Shown piece by piece: positions 26,217-32,066 of a DNA stretch of 32,066 nucleotides. The stretch is from Candidatus Poribacteria bacterium (GTDB lineage: Bacteria; Poribacteria; WGA-4E; WGA-3G). Numbering within the stretch: position 1 is the stretch's first letter; each line of letters begins with the position of its first letter. Made by a program: the position numbers and the translations under genes. The DNA lies in contig CBDCAZ010000001.1 of NCBI GenBank assembly GCA_965214095.1, forward strand, positions 1 through 32,066. Direction: 5' to 3'. The notes below the pieces were generated by a model. It saw only the letters and a program-made list of their open reading frames with translations, ran no database searches and was not told the DNA's origin.

Positions 26217-28303
26217 GTTGGCTCAGGACCCCGGAGGGTGTCTTCTTCCTGATGGCCCTAGTGACCATGACCGTCGTCTTCGGTTTGGCCTGCTACTACA
26301 CTCTCCGTTTCTACATGGCTCGGGAACGGCTGCCTTACGCGACGCGCAACGCGGAGTTGGAAACCCTTGTTCCGCGACGTGAAGCCGAGCTTCTCGAATG
26401 CGAACAGCGTCTGGTGGATGTCAACAACCTCATCCGCGAAGGTGAGGCGAAGCTTTCTGAACGCGATCGATGGGAAGCGGAAGCGGAGTTCTGGCGCTCC
26501 CAAGTCGAGAGCCTCAAGGCTGAATACGCAGGCATGGAATTGCTTCGCACAGAGATCGAAGAGGTTCAGGAACGCTATAGACAGGAACTCGAAAAGCTCG
26601 CGGATACCGAGCAAAAGGCGCGAGAAGCACAAGGCGCTTGGGAGGACTCGCGCTTGCGTGTCGCCGAGGCCGAGCGCCGATTGGCGCAAGTTGCGGAGGA
26701 GGAGGGCCGTCTTCACGAAGCCCGCGAAACCGCCGAGCAGGAGATCGCGGAAACGAGGGCCGGTCTCGCCACCTCTAGGGCAGAGTTGCGTGCTGCAAGG
26801 GAGGACATGGAACGCGCTCAGGACCGCGTCGACCGCCTCACGCGCGAAGCGGAGACTCTGGAGAGCCGCTCGAAGGAACTGAGGGACTCGATTCCGAACC
26901 GGGAAGACGAGTTCAGCAGGTTGCGCGCAGATTTGAACGATCTAGAACCGAAGCGCCAAGAACTCGGCCAGGTGAGGCAGGCACTCTCTTTGGAGTCACG
27001 GGAATTGGACGCCTTGCGCGAGACGATGACAGAACTTCGGGATGAGGAAGCGCTGCTGAATGCCCATATCGCACAAAAGCGTGCACATTTGGGGCCCACG
27101 AACAGCGATCCATTCGAAGACCTGCGTGCGCTACCGAGTTTCCTTGCCGACAACAAGCTCTCAACGCCTCTGGAGAATGAGACCGAAGCCGATGCTCTCA
27201 ACCGGGTCCGAAGGCACCTGGAGGCCAGCAATCTCCAATTTCACCGCCGCACGATCGACGCCTTCCACACGAGCCTCAAGACTGGTGCCATTTCCCCGCT
27301 CACGGTGCTGGCGGGGGTAAGCGGTACCGGCAAGAGCCAGTTGCCGCGGCTGTATGCGGAGGCCATGGGCATACATTTCCTAAAGCTTGCAGTTCAGCCC
27401 CGCTGGGATGGACCGCAGGACCTTCTGGGCTTCTACAACTACATCGAACAACGGTACAAGGCGACAGAGTTTGCGCGCGCCCTGGTACATATGGATGTCC
27501 ACAATTGGCTGAAGCAGGCAGAACCGTATCGGGACCATATGCTGTTGGTCCTTCTCGATGAAATGAATTTGGCCCGTGTCGAGTACTACTTTTCGGAGTT
27601 CCTGAGTCGTCTGGAGGGTCGGCCTGTAGCTGGAAGAGATATAGATCCTGAGTCCCGCCTTCCGGCCGAAATTCCATTGGAAGCTGCAGGGCAAAACAAT
27701 AACGACCACCAAGGTCGCATTTATGTTGGTCACAATATCCTCTTCGTCGGTACGATGAACGACGATGAGTCGACATTAGCTTTATCAAGCAAAGTGTTGG
27801 ACCGGTCCAATGTGTTACACTTTCCAAAGCCGCCCGAGTTGAAACCGGAGTTGCCAGCCGCGAACACGCAACATGTGGCGAGCGGTTATCTGGCGCGCTC
27901 CTGCTGGATCGACCGTTGGATGCGGAGCACAAAAACGATGGAACCGGCCGCCTTTCGACGGGCGGCGGAGATCGTTGATAGGATAAACGGCGTCATGGAT
28001 GACATGGAGCATCCGTTCGGTCATCGCATGAGTCAAGCTATCCTCCATTATGTGGTCAATTATCCTCAGGGAGCCAACACCCAAGCAGTCGCAAATATGG
28101 CGCTCGCAGATCAGATTGAGTTTCGCATTCTTCCTCGACTGCGTGGAATGAATCTGGAGGAGAAAACGAAGCCGCTGAATGAGCTTGTAAGTGTTGTCAA
28201 AGGAGAGCTCGGGGACCAAGCGCTGGCCAGGGAGATAGAGCAGGCAGCGAAACGCGTGGATACAGGCGGTTTCTTCGTTTGGCGCGGTTTGGTCCGAAAT
28301 TAG
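26213..28303 (+). CDS. McrB-family AAA+ GTPase with N-terminal TM helix and long coiled coil (CnuB-like)
   Basis: VFFLMALVTMTVVFGLACYY (TM); ~250-aa coiled coil; GVSGTGKS, VQPRW...LLG, LLDEMNLARVEYYFS, GTMNDDES (NxD signature), KVLDRS. Confidence 0.92.
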   Translation: MSWLRTPEGVFFLMALVTMTVVFGLACYYTLRFYMARERLPYATRNAELETLVPRREAELLECEQRLVDVNNLIREGEAKLSERDRWEAEAEFWRSQVESLKAEYAGMELLRTEIEEVQERYRQELEKLADTEQKAREAQGAWEDSRLRVAEAERRLAQVAEEEGRLHEARETAEQEIAETRAGLATSRAELRAAREDMERAQDRVDRLTREAETLESRSKELRDSIPNREDEFSRLRADLNDLEPKRQELGQVRQALSLESRELDALRETMTELRDEEALLNAHIAQKRAHLGPTNSDPFEDLRALPSFLADNKLSTPLENETEADALNRVRRHLEASNLQFHRRTIDAFHTSLKTGAISPLTVLAGVSGTGKSQLPRLYAEAMGIHFLKLAVQPRWDGPQDLLGFYNYIEQRYKATEFARALVHMDVHNWLKQAEPYRDHMLLVLLDEMNLARVEYYFSEFLSRLEGRPVAGRDIDPESRLPAEIPLEAAGQNNNDHQGRIYVGHNILFVGTMNDDESTLALSSKVLDRSNVLHFPKPPELKPELPAANTQHVASGYLARSCWIDRWMRSTKTMEPAAFRRAAEIVDRINGVMDDMEHPFGHRMSQAILHYVVNYPQGANTQAVANMALADQIEFRILPRLRGMNLEEKTKPLNELVSVVKGELGDQALAREIEQAAKRVDTGGFFVWRGLVRN

Positions 28304-28319
28304 AAGGCAAGCGTGAACC

Positions 28320-29939
28320 ATGGCCACCCCGGACCTCATTTTGCTCGAGCGGCCGTGGGACCTGATCGGCCGACAGTACAAGCCCCTAGGCGGGCCGGAT
28401 ATTGACGATGTGAGGTACGGTGGGCGTATCGTACCCCTGTTGTTCAGCCGCAATGAGGACCTTGTGGAGGTTGACGGTGACAGCCAACAAGCGGAGGCGT
28501 TCGTCAATATACGAACGAGGGCGCATGAGAAGCAGGTTGTCTGGAGTATTCCGGTTCCCCTGAACCGGGATGACGAGCAGACCGTGTGCTTCCACGAGTG
28601 GGACACTGAAACGCGCCTTATGCGCGACTACAGGATTGGCCGCCCACCGCACGCAAGTTCGAGAGTTTCGAACGTTGGCGGCGAAAGGGAAGGTCGGGAA
28701 ACAGAAACGCTCGTGATTCGTTTCCTGCAGGCGATAGCGGCGCGAATGCACGACTTTGAAACCAGGGACACAACGGAGTTGGATCTCTGGGACAGGGTAA
28801 TCGACCTCTGGCTCGATCCCGAAAAACGACGCGACCCGACAATGGACGTCATCGTCAGGCATGCCCGCGAATACCGCCGCAGATGGGAGGACATCGCCAA
28901 ACACCCCAGGCGCCTTCTGAACCGGACCCGCGAACTGGTGCCCCTGCCCCGTGTCCAGGAATTGGACGTGGCATGTGTGCGGTGGCTGTCGCGCCAACCC
29001 GGCGGTGCTGTTGCGGAGCGGGCTGGCAGCCGCCAGCGTATTCTAGCGCTAGCTCGCCATGAGAACCGCAACACCTTGGAAAACAGGGTCTTTCGCGATC
29101 TCCTGCGCCGCAGCCAGCAGGCGGCGCGCGACTACTTGCGCGCAAACGAAAACTTTGGCGCTACATCAAGGACGCACGAAGTCCGACGCTACGGGAAAAA
29201 CTGCGACGACCTGGACAGGGAACTTGGCGATCAAGGCGTGACCCGGCTGATCGGCCAAGTCCAGGCGAATTATGTCCTGCTCCACGACGAACGCTACCGC
29301 AATGTCTGGATTGCCTGGCAGGACATGATCCGCCGCGAAAGGGCCCAGGACAATCTGTGGCGCTGGCAGCACAGGTCCTGGGAGGAGTTCTGCAAGGCAG
29401 TTGTCGCCGGCGCTCTTCGCTGGATCGATGGCGTTGAGCGATATTTTGCCTCGCCGTTGTTGGTACGCGGTGAACACCGGCGCGGACATTGGCTTATCCA
29501 TGACGACCCGATGGTAGTTGTCGCTCATTGGGACAAGGATTGGGTCACCGAGCTTCTGTCCGGAAATTCGGACGATGTGTCCAAGGACCTCCGTGAATTG
29601 TGCGCGTCTTTCTGGCTTCGCTGCGCCGATCTGAAGGGGGGCGACTATGTCTATATGCCGGTATGGGCGGTCCATGCTCTGGATGGCGAGCCGAAGCTCG
29701 GGGAGCTCGTAAATTCTGCTGCGGGCGCCTTGGAGAGGATGCGGCAGCGGCATTCGAATCTGTCGAACGGGATCGTTCTGGCTTCGCATATCGACCCGAA
29801 CTCGAAGAACGCAAGAGAAGACGGAGCGCGAGTGGTCGGCTATGCGTTCGGTCCGTATGACGAGCATCTGTCCGGCGCCTTCGAGACATTGGGAGATGTC
29901 CTCCAGAACCGGATCGAGAGGGCTGTATGCGATCGCTGA
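28320..29939 (+). CDS. DUF2357 / McrC-like partner protein
   Basis: Directly downstream of McrB; NTLENRVFRDLL, NYVLLHDERYRNVW, WEEFC. No clear PD-(D/E)XK catalytic motif in the C-terminus. Confidence 0.8.
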   Translation: MATPDLILLERPWDLIGRQYKPLGGPDIDDVRYGGRIVPLLFSRNEDLVEVDGDSQQAEAFVNIRTRAHEKQVVWSIPVPLNRDDEQTVCFHEWDTETRLMRDYRIGRPPHASSRVSNVGGEREGRETETLVIRFLQAIAARMHDFETRDTTELDLWDRVIDLWLDPEKRRDPTMDVIVRHAREYRRRWEDIAKHPRRLLNRTRELVPLPRVQELDVACVRWLSRQPGGAVAERAGSRQRILALARHENRNTLENRVFRDLLRRSQQAARDYLRANENFGATSRTHEVRRYGKNCDDLDRELGDQGVTRLIGQVQANYVLLHDERYRNVWIAWQDMIRRERAQDNLWRWQHRSWEEFCKAVVAGALRWIDGVERYFASPLLVRGEHRRGHWLIHDDPMVVVAHWDKDWVTELLSGNSDDVSKDLRELCASFWLRCADLKGGDYVYMPVWAVHALDGEPKLGELVNSAAGALERMRQRHSNLSNGIVLASHIDPNSKNAREDGARVVGYAFGPYDEHLSGAFETLGDVLQNRIERAVCDR

Positions 29940-32066
29940 TCGGAGTCGACCTGAACGGAGTGCATGACTGGCTCGCGCGGTTCGACGACACCGATAGGGA
30001 TACCTCAAAGGACGAAATCATCGACCTTGGCCTCCGGAGCGCAATGATCCGTCTCCAGGAGCAACGCGGGCGATGGGTCGCCGACAAGCAGGCCGAGACC
30101 GCTCCGCATGGCCGCGGTCCCGGTTGGGGCGAGATCGGGAAATCGGGGAACCGCCTGCCGGTTCTCGAGATGCTGGACGGCCTGTGTTGCGAGAATGCCG
30201 ACCGGCGTACCAGGGAGGCCGTCGTATCGTCCCTGCCCGGAATTGTGGGGGACACCGACCGGGCGGTCTTTGCGGTCCCGGACATTCCAGCTTACGGGGA
30301 GGCGTTTCAGGACCGCCTTATCGATTTGCTTGCGCCCGCAATGGGACGGCGCCCTTTACTGCTCTGGCGACCGGTTGCCGCGCTGCTTGGATATATCCGG
30401 CAGCGCGGCAGCAACCTCCAACCCGGCGCCAATGTCGCAATTCTCTCCCTGATGGCGGATGGTCTCCATCTGTCCACGCTATCGCTGGACCGGGACCGGC
30501 ATGACGGGCAACTCGTGCCGGAACGCCGCAAATCCGGCGAATCTGCAGGTACGGCGTTCTGCGGGATCCAGCTCGTGAAGAATGCGCAGAGACATCTGGC
30601 TGAAAATTCCCCAATGAAACTCGAGGAAATCGAAGCTGCCGCCATAACGCCCTGGCGTTCCGCCATCGGCGCGGGACAGCAGACACAGGAGCTGGCTCGT
30701 CTAGCCACCAATCGCGGCTGGATCAAGTTCCCGAAGCTTACACTTCGCTTCTCGTCACCTGGCAGCGCCAGCACCTTTCCCGTTGCCTTCATGCAACAGT
30801 TGAGCGAAGCCAAGATCATACTCATCGAAGGACCGTTCGCCGACAATGTCGAGTGGCGCCAAGAAGTCGAGAATGCTCTGCGCGATAGCGCGAATCTTCG
30901 GGGAACCGTCCAGACGCTGGACAGCGCGACCGTTGCCCTCGGATGTCTGGAGGCGGCGCAGCGTGAACGCGATGGCCAATCGATCTATTTCGACTTCCTG
31001 CCTCAGCTCGAAATCAACGCCTCCGTGAATAATGCCCCGCAATTCGTAAATCTGATCGTGCCCGGCGCCCGCTGCCGAGGTGGCGATACCTTCAGAGGCT
31101 ATGCTCCTGGCAACTTTTTCATTCAGCGAGGAGCGACACGGCCGGATTTCTGGCTTTTCAAGGAAGGGTTTGCCCAAGGCCGCCGAGCTGCGGTCTCCTT
31201 TGATGTGAATGTAGATCGACAATGCTCCCTCGTTGTCTCGGTAGAGCAGACACCGGGACAAGGCTCCGCCGTAGTTCAGATTTCATCTCCCGATCTTGAG
31301 GAAATCGGGCAAACTCCCATCATTCTCAATTGGAATGCCATGGAAATTGTCGAAGACTCACGAGACGCAATTCTGGAGCATTTGCAAAATCGTTCACCAA
31401 GCGGGCGCCACTACCCCAACACCCACGTTAAACAAGGCCACGCAGGCTTGTGGTTCTCAAACCACCCTAAAGGCAGCCTTGTTCGAGAGCTTGAACTCTT
31501 CTGTGAGATTCCGCTTGTTCAACGTAGAAGAGTTAATGAACGTGCGTGGAATCAGCTTCGGGTTCTAAGGAATCGCTTCAGTAAACCTGAATCAGTTAAG
31601 TTTCTTTTTCAGAAGCTAAATATACAGATTGAAACCGGAGGTAATTTTCATGCACTCAACGCTGATGGGACTCTTCCGCGGCAAGAAATAAACCTTCCCA
31701 TTCCGATCGGGGCGAGCGAAGTTATAGATAAGGCGTTGTCAAAGTGTGCTCGTGATTTTATTATCCTTCATAAGCGCGTCGGAAACGATATAGACCCCAA
31801 GCTCTTGGGTGATATAGTGGGTTTTGCCAGCTGGTGCTTTTGGAGGTGTCCTGAAGAGATAATTGAATTCATTTTGGAGGCATACGAGGATAGGCTTTAT
31901 CGCAAAGTACATCGCACTTTGATACGCCAAGGTGTAGCAAGGGTAATCTACAAACGAGAGCACCTAGAACGATACTTTTATGCTTTGGAGGGAGAGATGT
32001 CAAAAGGAAAAAATATCGCTGCAGCAAATTATGCAGGTCTTTCCCGGGTACTTGGGACAATAGAGT
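29927..32066 (+). CDS. Divergent Hsp70/actin-fold (ASKHA) protein, >713 aa, incomplete at the window end
   Basis: Absent from the ORF track because it has no stop in the window. ATG 29927 overlaps the upstream stop. Motifs MRSLIGVDLNG, VFAVPD, LLWRPVAALLGY, IILIEGP and VALGCLEAA parallel Hsp70 IGIDLG, VITVPA, NEPTAAALAY, ILVGG and VALGAA. Confidence 0.8.
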   Translation, partial: MRSLIGVDLNGVHDWLARFDDTDRDTSKDEIIDLGLRSAMIRLQEQRGRWVADKQAETAPHGRGPGWGEIGKSGNRLPVLEMLDGLCCENADRRTREAVVSSLPGIVGDTDRAVFAVPDIPAYGEAFQDRLIDLLAPAMGRRPLLLWRPVAALLGYIRQRGSNLQPGANVAILSLMADGLHLSTLSLDRDRHDGQLVPERRKSGESAGTAFCGIQLVKNAQRHLAENSPMKLEEIEAAAITPWRSAIGAGQQTQELARLATNRGWIKFPKLTLRFSSPGSASTFPVAFMQQLSEAKIILIEGPFADNVEWRQEVENALRDSANLRGTVQTLDSATVALGCLEAAQRERDGQSIYFDFLPQLEINASVNNAPQFVNLIVPGARCRGGDTFRGYAPGNFFIQRGATRPDFWLFKEGFAQGRRAAVSFDVNVDRQCSLVVSVEQTPGQGSAVVQISSPDLEEIGQTPIILNWNAMEIVEDSRDAILEHLQNRSPSGRHYPNTHVKQGHAGLWFSNHPKGSLVRELELFCEIPLVQRRRVNERAWNQLRVLRNRFSKPESVKFLFQKLNIQIETGGNFHALNADGTLPRQEINLPIPIGASEVIDKALSKCARDFIILHKRVGNDIDPKLLGDIVGFASWCFWRCPEEIIEFILEAYEDRLYRKVHRTLIRQGVARVIYKREHLERYFYALEGEMSKGKNIAAANYAGLSRVLGTIE

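Noticed and set aside
30073-32060. Small ORFs listed at the right end of the window
   Set aside because: All overlap the long unlisted plus-strand ORF starting at 29927.

Overview
GC-rich DNA that reads as the transfer and accessory region of a mobilisable plasmid or integrative element, probably from an alphaproteobacterium (inference). From left to right: (1) three minus-strand genes (ssb, a small hypothetical, and an 8x Cys4 zinc-finger protein), each preceded by the same upstream motif; (2) an IS21 remnant, then two ~90-bp oriT-like direct repeats bracketing gene scraps and an intact lower-GC DUF262/GmrSD-like gene; (3) a MobC-like RHH gene whose 3' 80 bp are duplicated around a second lower-GC cassette (IS110 and tyrosine-recombinase scraps plus a Zn/Vsr-like nuclease); (4) a MOBF TrwC/TraI-type relaxase-helicase; (5) a divergent ~2000-aa Calx-beta/FN3 surface protein whose start codon is out of frame with its signal peptide because of an (AGCCG)7 tract, i.e. 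apparently phase-variable and OFF; (6) a minus-strand trio of NucS-like nuclease, MTase-like protein and PD-(D/E)XK nuclease; (7) a CoCoNuT-like Type IV restriction operon: UPF1-like SF1 helicase, coiled-coil protein, membrane-anchored coiled-coil McrB, DUF2357 McrC, and an Hsp70-fold ORF that is missing from the ORF track and runs off the window end. No rRNA, tRNA or CRISPR array was seen. All family calls come from motif recognition by eye, not database searches.
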